From the IMG/VR virus record IMGVR_UViG_2579778753_000004: a stretch of DNA of 34,205 nt; one strand, given 5' to 3'. Every line of letters begins with the position of its first letter. The first letter of the stretch is position 1. This stretch comes from a virus (taxonomy: Duplodnaviria; Heunggongvirae; Uroviricota; Caudoviricetes). Shown piece after piece: positions 1-9,558 of the stretch. The notes under the pieces were generated by a model. It had not been told where the DNA came from and did not search any database. It saw nothing but the letters and a program-made list of their open reading frames with translations. The position numbers and the translations under genes are program-made.

Positions 1-188
1 AATTTTGCGACCACGGTGCTTAACAAACTGGCGGAGAAGCTGGCCAAAGACCAGAACGGCGCAGATATTCCTGACCCGGCGCTCTTTGTCAAAAACCTTG
101 GTTTGGGAGATGCGAGCGGATACGTTGGTAGGCTGCTAAAAATACAGGTATTCACTGCCAGCGGGACAGTGACAAAAACGCCAGGCGC
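1..188. repeat. Left copy of inverted repeat (IR-L), coding, truncated by window edge
   Basis: Positions 1-188 are the exact reverse complement of 1681-1868 by hand alignment; identity stops at 189/1680. Both copies encode the same peptide NFATTVLNKLAEKLAKDQNGADIPDPALFVKNLGLGDASGYVGRLLKIQVFTASGTVTKTPGA. Confidence 0.9.
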
Positions 189-771
189 AAAAAAATGGCG
201 AATTAAATGTCTCGGTGGGGGGGGCGGCAGTTCAGCTGCACCGGCAACGGGTAGTAACGAGGTTTCCGTGAGTAACGGGGGCGGCGCAGGGGCATATGCT
301 GAGGGCATTTATGACGTATCGTCAATAACAACGGCGTCAGTCGTCATCGGTTCAGGCGGTGCAGGAGGAACGGCGGATTCAATATACGGCGCTGACGGCG
401 GAGCTAGCTCAGTTGGTTCGTTTATTTCATCGCCCGGCGGGAAAGTTGGATTACCCGCCGGCCCGGCAAACCCACCATTTCAGCCCGTGGCCAATACTAA
501 CAGCGATGGCCCGACTGGGTGGAATATTGTCGGCTCATCTGGAGCAGGGGCAGAACCAGCCGTAGCTGTTACATATAGCTATGCCGCTGGCTCGCGTGGT
601 TCAAATAGTATATTTGGGGTAGGCGGATCGATTCCTGCAATTAATGACCCGGCAAATCCCGGTGGGGGCTATGGTTCTGGAGCATCCGGCTGTTCGAATG
701 GCTCATCCCAACCAGCTAAATCAGGCGCAGCGGGACGCCCGGGAATCGTAATCATTGAGGAGCTGGCATAA
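1..771 (+). CDS. Alternative tail-fibre C-terminal module (silent orientation, 5'-partial, Gly-rich tip)
   Basis: Reading frame is open from position 1; the first 63 codons are the IR copy of the fibre constant region, then a unique Gly/Ser-rich C-terminus. No own start context; it would join the fibre N-terminus only after inversion. Confidence 0.6.
   Translation, partial: NFATTVLNKLAEKLAKDQNGADIPDPALFVKNLGLGDASGYVGRLLKIQVFTASGTVTKTPGAKKWRIKCLGGGGGSSAAPATGSNEVSVSNGGGAGAYAEGIYDVSSITTASVVIGSGGAGGTADSIYGADGGASSVGSFISSPGGKVGLPAGPANPPFQPVANTNSDGPTGWNIVGSSGAGAEPAVAVTYSYAAGSRGSNSIFGVGGSIPAINDPANPGGGYGSGASGCSNGSSQPAKSGAAGRPGIVIIEELA
85..110. other. Putative serine-invertase crossover site (hix/gix-like), left
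   Basis: TTTGTCAAAAACCTTGGTTTGGGAGA; its reverse complement shares the AAACCAAGGTTTTTGA core with hixL as I recall it (TTCTTGAAAACCAAGGTTTTTGATAA). Confidence 0.55.
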
Positions 772-953
772 TGAGTAATTATGCGCTAGTTAAAAATGGC
801 GTCGTTGAAAATGTTGTTGTATGGGATGGCACTGGAGACATTTTCGATGATTATATTACTGTGAATATTGACGACATATCGGCTGGTATCGACTGGACAT
901 ATGACGGAGAGGCATTTGCCCCTCCGCCAGAAATTACTCCGCAGGAGGCGTAG
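771..953 (+). CDS. Small protein coupled to the alternative fibre tip (putative cognate assembly chaperone)
   Basis: ATG overlaps the TAA of the upstream module (ATAATGA); 60 aa; converges on the 3' end of the minus-strand assembly gene. Confidence 0.4.
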   Translation: MSNYALVKNGVVENVVVWDGTGDIFDDYITVNIDDISAGIDWTYDGEAFAPPPEITPQEA

Positions 954-1365
954 GCCATTCAATATCTGGCGCACCGGAAGTATCGACCAGCTCCAGTGCG
1001 TCCAGATAATCCAGCCACAAATTATATTGCACCAGTTCCTCACCTTTCAGGCGACCAATCGCCGCTTTACCAGGCCATTGCTTACTGTTTATGTATTCGT
1101 TGACCTGATTAATCAATTGCTGCTTTTTCAGTTCGGCTGCGGCAATTTGTTCCTCATGAGTTGGCGGTGGAATATCAATCCATGCAGGCATTCCGTCGAT
1201 GACACCTCTGTATTTTCCTTCTGGTGCTTCCTTCATAAATTCGGCAGCAACAGTGTCGTCAATTTCGATTCCATCATCGGGCCATTCGCCGGATTCCTGA
1301 TAAGCGATTTTAAGCTCCACAGGGAAAAACGCATTTTTATCGGCACTGAAAATATATTTCTGCAT
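934..1365 (-). CDS. Tail fibre assembly protein (lambda Tfa / Mu U family)
   Basis: C-terminus ...LVDTSGAPDIEWPTPPAE resembles the conserved Tfa C-terminus; sits immediately downstream of the fibre gene. Confidence 0.75.
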   Translation of the reverse strand: MQKYIFSADKNAFFPVELKIAYQESGEWPDDGIEIDDTVAAEFMKEAPEGKYRGVIDGMPAWIDIPPPTHEEQIAAAELKKQQLINQVNEYINSKQWPGKAAIGRLKGEELVQYNLWLDYLDALELVDTSGAPDIEWPTPPAE

Positions 1366-1367
1366 TT

Positions 1368-2258
1368 CTACCGTCCTATCGAAATATAACTGAATCTGTA
1401 TTGCTGTGAGATATCACTGGTTGCCACACGCCACGCTGAATTACTGATATGTTCAAAATTTACAGACAAAACCTGCGGGGCAGGAATCGACGGGTCTGAC
1501 TGAACGGCATCAGACATAACACTGACTGAAACCATCGGCTGATTAGGGAATGGTATAGGGAAGTGTCCACTGATAAAGCGGGTCGTGTTTCCTGCAAAAG
1601 TGCCAAACTGAACAATATATCCACCTGGTAGCCTGAACCATCCCGAACCAGAAGCGAATGCTCCCATATCCGGTATCTGAGCGCCTGGCGTTTTTGTCAC
1701 TGTCCCGCTGGCAGTGAATACCTGTATTTTTAGCAGCCTACCAACGTATCCGCTCGCATCTCCCAAACCAAGGTTTTTGACAAAGAGCGCCGGGTCAGGA
1801 ATATCTGCGCCGTTCTGGTCTTTGGCCAGCTTCTCCGCCAGTTTGTTAAGCACCGTGGTCGCAAAATTCGGATCGTTACCGAGGGCATCCGCCAGCTCTT
1901 TAAGCGTATCCAGCGTCTCAGGGGCGCTGCCTGCAAGCGCTGCAAGTGCTTTGGCCACAAACTCAGTCGTCGCCAGCTTCTTGCTGTTATCGCTATTTGC
2001 AGGCGTGGGCGCTGTTGGCGTGCCGGTGAATGTCGGGCTGGCTTTCGGTGCGTACTGGGTATGCGGGTCTGCTGCCGCGATGTGTTTCGCAAGATCAGAA
2101 CCGCCTTTTTCAACCTGTTGCTTCAGGTACAGCGTGCGGCTGGCCAGTTGTTTACCCTGACGGTTAGAAATTCCGTCAGGCCCACCCAGAACGGGGTCAG
2201 AGACCTCAATCTGGTAGATGCCTTCTTCCCACTGCGGGGTTTCAGGTAGGTTTGCCAT
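1368..2258 (-). CDS. Tail fibre protein, currently expressed variant
   Basis: 296 aa; contains the TLDTLKELADALGNDPNFATT motif typical of fibre shafts; spans IR-R and a unique C-terminal tip. Confidence 0.8.
   Translation of the reverse strand: MANLPETPQWEEGIYQIEVSDPVLGGPDGISNRQGKQLASRTLYLKQQVEKGGSDLAKHIAAADPHTQYAPKASPTFTGTPTAPTPANSDNSKKLATTEFVAKALAALAGSAPETLDTLKELADALGNDPNFATTVLNKLAEKLAKDQNGADIPDPALFVKNLGLGDASGYVGRLLKIQVFTASGTVTKTPGAQIPDMGAFASGSGWFRLPGGYIVQFGTFAGNTTRFISGHFPIPFPNQPMVSVSVMSDAVQSDPSIPAPQVLSVNFEHISNSAWRVATSDISQQYRFSYISIGR
1681..1868. repeat. Right copy of inverted repeat (IR-R), inside the expressed tail-fibre gene
   Basis: Reverse complement of 1-188; may extend past 1868 because the partner is cut by the window start. 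Confidence 0.9.
1759..1784. other. Putative serine-invertase crossover site (hix/gix-like), right
   Basis: TCTCCCAAACCAAGGTTTTTGACAAA, the inverted partner of 85-110, lying inside IR-R. Confidence 0.55.
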
Positions 2259-2260
2259 AA

Positions 2261-2839
2261 TTAACTGCTCCCGTGGTTATAGCTACCGTCATAGTTGACG
2301 GTGTTGTTGTAGCGAATGGCGACAGACTGATACTCAAGGCTCGCCAGATGGCAGCGGGCCGGAGCAAAGGCAGCGAGCGTCTGGCGTAAAAGTGCTGCCT
2401 GATCGTTAGTAATGGGCTGCTGAAGGATGACGCGATAGACCGCCCAGGCTTCTGCATCGCCATGGACGAAAAGCCCGTTGTACGTGTGTTTGCCGTCGTA
2501 GCCAATCTGGCCAGTGCCTTCAATCAGATCCACTTCGCCGAAGCCGAAACGGCGGATAATTTCCCGGATTGACCACGGCGTCCCTTTATAGCGGTGCAGC
2601 TCGATAGCAGATTTGATAAGCATGCGGCGTACATCGTCCGATTCCGCCAGCTCCCAGCCATCGCCAAACAGCGAGAACTGCTCGCCCAGCCATGGCAGCG
2701 CGGAACTGTCGACGATATCGACGAGATAGACCATCAGTACGCTCAGGTCGATGTTATCCAGCCGCCCGGCCAGTTTTCCCAGCGTTCTGAGGCTGATATC
2801 ACCCTCAAGCGGCGGCGGGAGTTGTAGCGGCTCAGCCAT
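2261..2839 (-). CDS. Tail protein I-like (P2 gpI / Mu gp48 family)
   Basis: 192 aa between baseplate J-like and fibre genes, the conserved P2/Mu order. Confidence 0.65.
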   Translation of the reverse strand: MAEPLQLPPPLEGDISLRTLGKLAGRLDNIDLSVLMVYLVDIVDSSALPWLGEQFSLFGDGWELAESDDVRRMLIKSAIELHRYKGTPWSIREIIRRFGFGEVDLIEGTGQIGYDGKHTYNGLFVHGDAEAWAVYRVILQQPITNDQAALLRQTLAAFAPARCHLASLEYQSVAIRYNNTVNYDGSYNHGSS

Positions 2840-3935
2840 CGGACACCCCGGTCATGTTAAGAGTGATCGCCGTGCAGTTTGCCCATTCGTTTTCTGCCAC
2901 CACCTTCAGCACCGGTGTCACCAGTTCGACCTGGTAGACCCCGGCAACGGACAGCACGCTGATAATCTGGCTGGGGACAATATCGCGCCCCAGCGTGGCG
3001 GTACGGGACGCTACCCAGTTCTGTATGGCGCTGTTGGCGTTGTCCTTTATAGAGTTAGCATCCTGGTCACGATAGATAGTGATGTTGGCTTCAATGGCGT
3101 AATCCACCTGCACAGGTGTTTTAGCCCGCACGGTATCAGTGAGCGGCCTGACTTTTTCGTCCGAGCATAAACTCTCTACAAGCGTAAGGATGCTGTCGTC
3201 CGGCAAGCCGGTGCTGAGCAGCGGATACAGTTCTACAGTGCCGGGAACCGGGGAAAGCACGGCAACATCGACAATATTGGGATGGGCCTGCATGGCATGA
3301 AAGCGGTATGCCATACGGCTTCCGGCGTTGGTGAATGATTCCGGGGCCAGTTTGATACGCTCGCGGAGCCTGTCATTGTCTTCCTGCTCAGAACCGCCAG
3401 AACTGGCCGCCATATTGGTCACCTGCAGGTCGACGTTATCAATCTCATCGAGCAACTGACGGACCTGCGCAGGCTGCCAGCCGTTGCCTGCGGCTCCCGG
3501 CTCGGTACAGGTGGCCGTGGCATTGACAAGCAGCAATCCGGCTTTCAGCACTACGTCCGTATCGGTTGCAAAAATAATGCTGTCGGAAGCGCTGACGCGG
3601 GTACCTGCCGGAATCAGCACATCAATGGCCAGTTCCTCATCCACGGAGAACTGGAGCGTGGTGGTGGCAGGCTGCGCGGCCAGTCGGTATACACCAACCA
3701 GTTCACCGAGGTAATCAATCATCGGCTCACGGGCAAAGGCGACCAGATTCTGTTTGGCCGCTTCCTGCGCCGCCACCCTGACCAGCATTTCGCGGTATGC
3801 CCACAGGTCAATCAACAGGCGCTCAGCCTGAGCGGGGTATAGCGTCTTGCCAGTTGCGGCTTCGTACTGTGCAATCATTTCAGCCGTGATTTTGTCAGCA
3901 TCACGTTCAATAAAATCGGGTTCTGTCAGCGCCAT
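2832..3935 (-). CDS. Baseplate J-like protein (P2 gpJ / Mu gp47 family)
   Basis: 367 aa, position and size; overlaps neighbours by a few nt. Confidence 0.7.
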   Translation of the reverse strand: MALTEPDFIERDADKITAEMIAQYEAATGKTLYPAQAERLLIDLWAYREMLVRVAAQEAAKQNLVAFAREPMIDYLGELVGVYRLAAQPATTTLQFSVDEELAIDVLIPAGTRVSASDSIIFATDTDVVLKAGLLLVNATATCTEPGAAGNGWQPAQVRQLLDEIDNVDLQVTNMAASSGGSEQEDNDRLRERIKLAPESFTNAGSRMAYRFHAMQAHPNIVDVAVLSPVPGTVELYPLLSTGLPDDSILTLVESLCSDEKVRPLTDTVRAKTPVQVDYAIEANITIYRDQDANSIKDNANSAIQNWVASRTATLGRDIVPSQIISVLSVAGVYQVELVTPVLKVVAENEWANCTAITLNMTGVSDG

Positions 3936-4273
3936 AGCAACTCCTGAGTCCGGGGTTGTCCGTCAGAGCCTTTCCAGCTCACCCGGAGCGTAAGATGTTC
4001 GCCGTCGACGGCGGGTTTAACCGACATAAGCTGGCAGCGAGGCTCCCAGCGGCGAATGGCATCGACGGATTCGCGCACCACATGCGGAATAGCCCGGTCA
4101 ATAGGCCAGTCGATATAAAGGTGCAGATTGCTGCCGAACTCCGGGCGATGCGGGTCGCTGCCGCGAGGAGTACGCAGGATGATTTGAATGGCCTGCCAGA
4201 TATCATCCAGCCCCCGGACGATTTCGCCAGGGGCCTGCAGAGCCGGTTGCCAGAATACTGAGGTTGTTTTCAT
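3926..4273 (-). CDS. Baseplate wedge protein, GPW/gp25 family
   Basis: 115 aa, gp25-like size and synteny between V-like and J-like genes. Confidence 0.7.
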   Translation of the reverse strand: MKTTSVFWQPALQAPGEIVRGLDDIWQAIQIILRTPRGSDPHRPEFGSNLHLYIDWPIDRAIPHVVRESVDAIRRWEPRCQLMSVKPAVDGEHLTLRVSWKGSDGQPRTQELLWR

Positions 4274-4327
4274 GGGGGCAGTATTGCCCCTGTGCGGGAA
4301 CGCCGATATTAAAGGCGTTTAAGAAGG

Positions 4328-4840
4328 TCAGTGGGAATGGTGATTAGAGTTCGGGCCGTCAGAGAGCATGCTGCCTGTCGAGTGGGCATTGCCGTTGATT
4401 TCAAGGTTGCCGTTCACCGTGGTGGTGTCAGCGGTCAAATCAATGGTTTTCCCCTTCAGGCTGATACCCACTGCAACCTCGATCACCACATGCTCGATAC
4501 CACCTTTGACTGTCAGCGTATGGGTCGCACGGTTATAGCTGAACTCTGCGCCATCCGCGTATTTCGTGCCCCGGACATGTTTGTCGCTGAACGGCGGTTT
4601 ATCGACTTCTGAGTACACCGCGCCCAGAATGACACCATCCTCGCCGTTGGCATCGAGCAGCACTTCAACCTGCTCCCCCACGTCAGGGAGCCAGTAATCC
4701 TTGTTATCCTGGGTATTGCGCTGCAGCACGTTAAGCCAGTTAGTGCGCAGGTTATCGCATTCCGGCAGACGAACGCGGGCCTGAACCTTGTCGGCATCGA
4801 CGGCGCTGACCGTACCGACCTGACGAGTGACGCCTGTCAT
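4328..4840 (-). CDS. Baseplate spike/assembly protein V-like
   Basis: 170 aa, gpV-like, followed by W and J homologues. Confidence 0.7.
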   Translation of the reverse strand: MTGVTRQVGTVSAVDADKVQARVRLPECDNLRTNWLNVLQRNTQDNKDYWLPDVGEQVEVLLDANGEDGVILGAVYSEVDKPPFSDKHVRGTKYADGAEFSYNRATHTLTVKGGIEHVVIEVAVGISLKGKTIDLTADTTTVNGNLEINGNAHSTGSMLSDGPNSNHHSH

Positions 4841-6009
4841 TATTTTTTCTCCTTTATTACCGTGGACGTGCTGCCGTCCGGTTTATAGACGGTCAGCGTC
4901 TGGGTTTTTCCGGTCTTTTTACCTTTCTTCGCTTTGCCCTGCGTAACCGGCCCTCGTGCCACTTCCAGTTCGGTGATGTAGCCGCTGTTACGGTCAAACG
5001 CATGGCGGGCAGTAGTTATCAGCCATGGCCCGGATAACTGACCAAAACCCACCAGTTCAATTTTGTTGCCTGCAGTCAACTGAGGCGTCCCCATCAGCGT
5101 CAGCGAGCCGTTCTGCTGGTATTCGTTATGCCTGGCCAGCGCCGAATCTGCTTTAATCCGGGCGCTGTCCGGATCACTGACGCGGCTGTTGACCTTCAGT
5201 GAGTCGGCACTGGTGACCTTACCGCCTTTGGTTTGTTTGTCGCTTTCGCTGGTACCGCCATCAGCTTCATAAACGATCAGCTTTTTATCGCTGCTCTTCT
5301 GGTGTTTTACCTTCGCGGATTTGTAGACGCGGTTGATGGTGTCACGCAGGGAAAAGCTGTCCACATCCTGCGGCTTTAACTGCCTGATCGGCTCCTGACC
5401 GCGTAACGTGGCAAGATGAGAAAAAACCAGCTGGTCGCTGACCACTTTCACGGCATAACCATACTCGCTGGCCAGTCGGCGCAGGAAGCCCACGTCCGTT
5501 TCAGCATACTGGGTCACCCGGTCAATTTTGATGGACTCAATACTGCCAACCAGCTTCAGCTGATGCTTTTTGGCAATCCGTCCGGCGATGGCCGCCAGCG
5601 TGGTGCTCTCGAAACCACGACTGGATTTTGTCCGCAGGGCGTTGTTGACCGACGTGGCCACGCCCCGGATAGCGACAACGGACGCGGGCGAACTCACCTC
5701 GATCTCGTCTATAGAGAACGTACCGCAGGACAGCAGCTTCTCGCCCTGATAACCCATTTTCAGCGTCAGCGTGTCACCCTTGCCCGGATACCACTTATCC
5801 AGCCAGCGGCCATCGGTGTCGTCCAGTTCCACCTCAATGGTATCGGACTCGCTTTTGATGTTATCGCTGTAGGTTACGCGGGTGACATAGGGGGCGATAT
5901 CGGTGGTGATGTTCTTCTGCAGATACCATAGCGTGAACACCGGACTCAGAACATCGCTGACGCCGGTTAACGCTGATGCGGCTTGTGCAGGGCTGTTTAT
6001 CTCAGCCAT
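4840..6009 (-). CDS. Late control D-like tail protein (P2 gpD / Mu P family)
   Basis: 389 aa, downstream of tape measure and U/X-like genes as in P2/Mu. Confidence 0.7.
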   Translation of the reverse strand: MAEINSPAQAASALTGVSDVLSPVFTLWYLQKNITTDIAPYVTRVTYSDNIKSESDTIEVELDDTDGRWLDKWYPGKGDTLTLKMGYQGEKLLSCGTFSIDEIEVSSPASVVAIRGVATSVNNALRTKSSRGFESTTLAAIAGRIAKKHQLKLVGSIESIKIDRVTQYAETDVGFLRRLASEYGYAVKVVSDQLVFSHLATLRGQEPIRQLKPQDVDSFSLRDTINRVYKSAKVKHQKSSDKKLIVYEADGGTSESDKQTKGGKVTSADSLKVNSRVSDPDSARIKADSALARHNEYQQNGSLTLMGTPQLTAGNKIELVGFGQLSGPWLITTARHAFDRNSGYITELEVARGPVTQGKAKKGKKTGKTQTLTVYKPDGSTSTVIKEKK

Positions 6010-6212
6010 GGGGCAATATCCTCTTCTGTACTGGCTTCTTCAGCCTCGATAACCGGAATCAGTAACAACAGCCCGGAGGGCAGCACCGGCGTGATGGCCA
6101 CGTGTGGATTGGCGGCAATTATCCGGGGATAGCCCAGCGGGTCGCCGTAGTACTGCCATGCGAGAGAGTCCCAGCGCTCTCCGTCACGGGTGACATGTTC
6201 AAGAAACATCAC
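5997..6212 (-). CDS. Tail protein X-like (LysM-like)
   Basis: 71 aa, ...ERWDSLAWQYYGDPLGYPRIIAANPHV... resembles the P2 gpX family. Confidence 0.6.
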   Translation of the reverse strand: MMFLEHVTRDGERWDSLAWQYYGDPLGYPRIIAANPHVAITPVLPSGLLLLIPVIEAEEASTEEDIAPWLR

Positions 6213-7093
6213 ACACTCCTCGCCAGAATTTTGGCTGCCATGGTGCTTAACCCCGGCGACATACGGGTGAAGGTGGTGCTGGCGGAGTTAAGCTGCCCGG
6301 AAACGGCATCCAGCGCCGCTGCGATATTGCTGCCGTCCACGCCGCTCAGTGAAGACTGTGCCTGTTGTACATACGTGGCCGCATCACTGGTGGCTCTGGC
6401 CAGACTGATGGCATCAGGCATGGATTCAGAAAGCGCATTAAATGCCGGAACGCTTTGACCCAACGCCCCGGACACGTTGCCCAGCCCGCTCATCAACCCC
6501 GGTACGCGGGTCAGTGCAACGGCGGGGTTATCCTTCATTTTCTGCGCCACCCGAACGGCACTGATGGTGGTCTGGAGAACAGACTGCGCCTGTTTGGCGT
6601 AGTTGACGCCGTCGCGGACGTACTGCGCTACCCCGGAAGGTGAAGGAACGGCACCGGAGACCGCCCCGACGCCGGGAACCTGCGTGCGTATTGCGGGTGG
6701 CTGTAGCGGGTTTTTCGGGTCGCCGATGTACTCCCGGAGAGACGCGGTGGCATTGACGGCCAGCACGTTGCCGGTGCTGTCGGTCTGCTCGCTGGTCGCA
6801 GTAACATCGGTAATCACGAACCAGCCGCGATAGTCACCGTTGCCGAAGACCAGCGCCAGCGCTTGATGGGCCTTCATGGCCGTTCGCAGTCTCGCCAGCT
6901 CCACGTCGGGCACACAATAGTGCTGATGGAAGACCAGGCTTATCTGGATTTCGTCCAGCTTATCGCCAACGAACTGCAGGCCGGGCTTACCCTCGATACG
7001 GGGATGCTCCGCATAATCGACGCCGAACGTGACCTCGAAGCCGTCCCAGTAGGTAATCAGTTCAAACTCAATATCACCCAATACTGCAAACAT
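6209..7093 (-). CDS. P2 gpU-like / Mu N (DNA circularisation)-like tail protein
   Basis: 294 aa directly after the tape measure gene; stop/start overlap with neighbours. Confidence 0.55.
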   Translation of the reverse strand: MFAVLGDIEFELITYWDGFEVTFGVDYAEHPRIEGKPGLQFVGDKLDEIQISLVFHQHYCVPDVELARLRTAMKAHQALALVFGNGDYRGWFVITDVTATSEQTDSTGNVLAVNATASLREYIGDPKNPLQPPAIRTQVPGVGAVSGAVPSPSGVAQYVRDGVNYAKQAQSVLQTTISAVRVAQKMKDNPAVALTRVPGLMSGLGNVSGALGQSVPAFNALSESMPDAISLARATSDAATYVQQAQSSLSGVDGSNIAAALDAVSGQLNSASTTFTRMSPGLSTMAAKILARSV

Positions 7094-9558
7094 CAGCTGT
7101 ACCTCCTGCGTTGTTGCTGAGCCAGCAGACGCTCCAGCATTTTCTCCAGCTCATGCAGGCTCATATTCAGTACGCCGGTCAACCCGTCAGGCGCTGCGGT
7201 TTCTTTGCCATTGAGGAAAAACTGAGGATTAAAGCTGACCTGGATACCGCCAGATGTTCCGCTGCCAGTTGCAGCTGCGCCACGACCTGAATATCCCGCC
7301 GCCATGATTTCCGGCGACGGGATACGGGGAACATCCGGTGTCATTTCAGTGGCCAGACGCTGCCCGGCCAGTGCAGCAAGTGGTGTGGTGCGCTGCAGGC
7401 CGATAGCGGCCCCCTGCGCAATGTTGTCACCAAAGCCTATAAACACACGGCTCGGCGAATGAATGCCCAGCTTTTCCTTAAACCAGCCGCCAACACTGTC
7501 GCCCATGTCTGTGACGGTAGTTTTGAGCGACTCCCATTTGTTTTTGATGCCGTTTATTAACCCGTCGATAAGATGGCCACCGAAGTCGGTGAACTTCGCT
7601 GGCAGATCAACACCGAGGTATTTCAGCGCAGCCGCAAAGGCTTTATAGAGCAGACCAACCGGCGACCAGTTAATCAGCAGCTTACCAATCCCCACGACAC
7701 CGCCATTAAACGCCTCTTTAATGTCAGCCCAGCGCTGTTTAAACCAGCTACTGACTGCGCCCCAGTTGCGATAAATAAGGTAAGCTGCTGCCGCGACGGC
7801 GGTGATGGCGAGACCAATGGGATTCATCAGCAGCGCCCGGCCAATCCAGAGAACGGCCCGCCCGGCGATCATAATGCCGCGAACCAGCCCACCTGACAGC
7901 ACACCACCCAGTGTTCTGGCTCCTCTGGCGACGGCGCTGAAGCCGGTCACCAGCCAGCGGAGCTTACCGCCTTCACCGAGTGCAAGCGACAGTCGAAGCC
8001 AGTTGGCCCGCAGTAAAACGGCATTTTTCCAGACGTTAACAAAGGGGGAAATAAGGAGATTCAGCCCCAGCTTGAGACCGATAGTGGCCATCTTGAAAGC
8101 GAGTAATGCTCCTACAACCTTTATGGTGCCGCTGACGATTTGCGGGTTTGCCGCTATCCATTTGCCGACACTGTCCATTAAAGGAATAAAAGTCTCACCC
8201 AGTTGGATCAAGGCCGGGCGTAGTGACTCACCAATGCTGATGGCTGCCTCGTTAAAACCAATCTGAGTTCTGCGCCAACGACCTTCGAGCGTATTATTTT
8301 GTTTTGCAGCATCCTTATCCAGCGTAGACATTGCTGACGGGGTATTCATTTCCTGCTTGCTGGAAAGGTATTTATCCCAGCCCTGACGCATTGACAGTAA
8401 ATGGTTAACGGTCTGAATATCAGTGAAGACTTCTGCCAGACCAAATGACTCCATTAGCTTCTGCTGGCCTTCCTGATCGCCTCTTGAGCCTGCTGCTTTC
8501 CATTGCTGTAAAAACGCCTTACCTTTACCGTCGATAAAACGGTTGGCAATCATCAGTGAGGCTTCATACTGTGAGAAGCCCTGAGCGACGTAATTCTGCA
8601 TTGACCCCTGGTAATCCACCCCGGCTTTAGCATATTTCTGGATGGTATCTCCGCGCCCCATCGCCGCCAGCCAGTTTGACATATTGGTGACGGCCTCTTC
8701 CGCTGAGCCGCTGCCTTTACCAACTTCCAGACTGGCGACGATCTGGGTAATCGCATCTTTTCCATAAATACCACGAGCAGCGAAGGCTTTAGCCATACCG
8801 GGTAATGCTTTTGCCATATCCTTCAGCTCAAATGACCCAAGTTTGGCTCCTGTTGCCGCAATACCAAATGCCTGTTCAAGTTCTTTCGCATCAGTGATTC
8901 TGAGTGCATCGCTGAAGGCATAAGTCATTTTGGCAAGGTCGGTCATATCGGCTTTGGTTGCTGTAGCGGTCTTTCCAAGCATCTCTGCAAACGTTGCTGC
9001 CCGTTCGGGGGCCATACCATCAGCAACTAATTGTCCGACTCCCCCTAACAGAGACTCCTGCAGTTGGTTAACCTTCAGCGAGGCCTGTCTGATAGCCAGG
9101 CCAATTGCACGTTCCTGCCTTGAATCCAGATCACCAGTGACACTGATATCCCGCAACTGCGATTCAAACGAGGCATATTGTTTGACTGAGGCCATGACCG
9201 GTGCACCCAGCGTTCGGGCGATGCCGTAAGTCTCTGCTCCCTGACCATAGAGCGCCATACGGTTGGACTTCAGCGCATCACTGGTGGCCGACACCGCCGA
9301 CAGACGGCGCTGCTGGCGCTCAATTTGCTCCATTGTGCGGCTTACCCGCAGCAGGTCGCTGTTGAGGCGCTGCATCCGGGAAGAACCCAACTGACCATAG
9401 CGTTCTGTTGCACGGGTTAAGGCGTTTTGGCGTTCCTGCAGGCGGCGCGATGTATCGCCCAGGGAATCAAGGGCGCGTCGGGTACCGCTGACGGCTGAGC
9501 GGAAGCTACTCCCGACAATGCCGCCAATAATGACGCCGACTGAAAATTCACTGGCCAC
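7093..9558 (-). CDS. Tail tape measure protein
   Basis: 821 aa, Ala/Gly-rich with hydrophobic segments, downstream of the chaperone; RBS AGAGGA before ATG. Confidence 0.85.
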   Translation of the reverse strand: MASEFSVGVIIGGIVGSSFRSAVSGTRRALDSLGDTSRRLQERQNALTRATERYGQLGSSRMQRLNSDLLRVSRTMEQIERQQRRLSAVSATSDALKSNRMALYGQGAETYGIARTLGAPVMASVKQYASFESQLRDISVTGDLDSRQERAIGLAIRQASLKVNQLQESLLGGVGQLVADGMAPERAATFAEMLGKTATATKADMTDLAKMTYAFSDALRITDAKELEQAFGIAATGAKLGSFELKDMAKALPGMAKAFAARGIYGKDAITQIVASLEVGKGSGSAEEAVTNMSNWLAAMGRGDTIQKYAKAGVDYQGSMQNYVAQGFSQYEASLMIANRFIDGKGKAFLQQWKAAGSRGDQEGQQKLMESFGLAEVFTDIQTVNHLLSMRQGWDKYLSSKQEMNTPSAMSTLDKDAAKQNNTLEGRWRRTQIGFNEAAISIGESLRPALIQLGETFIPLMDSVGKWIAANPQIVSGTIKVVGALLAFKMATIGLKLGLNLLISPFVNVWKNAVLLRANWLRLSLALGEGGKLRWLVTGFSAVARGARTLGGVLSGGLVRGIMIAGRAVLWIGRALLMNPIGLAITAVAAAAYLIYRNWGAVSSWFKQRWADIKEAFNGGVVGIGKLLINWSPVGLLYKAFAAALKYLGVDLPAKFTDFGGHLIDGLINGIKNKWESLKTTVTDMGDSVGGWFKEKLGIHSPSRVFIGFGDNIAQGAAIGLQRTTPLAALAGQRLATEMTPDVPRIPSPEIMAAGYSGRGAAATGSGTSGGIQVSFNPQFFLNGKETAAPDGLTGVLNMSLHELEKMLERLLAQQQRRRYS

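Noticed and set aside
1-1868. Serine invertase gene within the window
   Set aside because: No ORF with a resolvase/invertase-like N-terminus was seen in any frame; the gene is presumably left of position 1.
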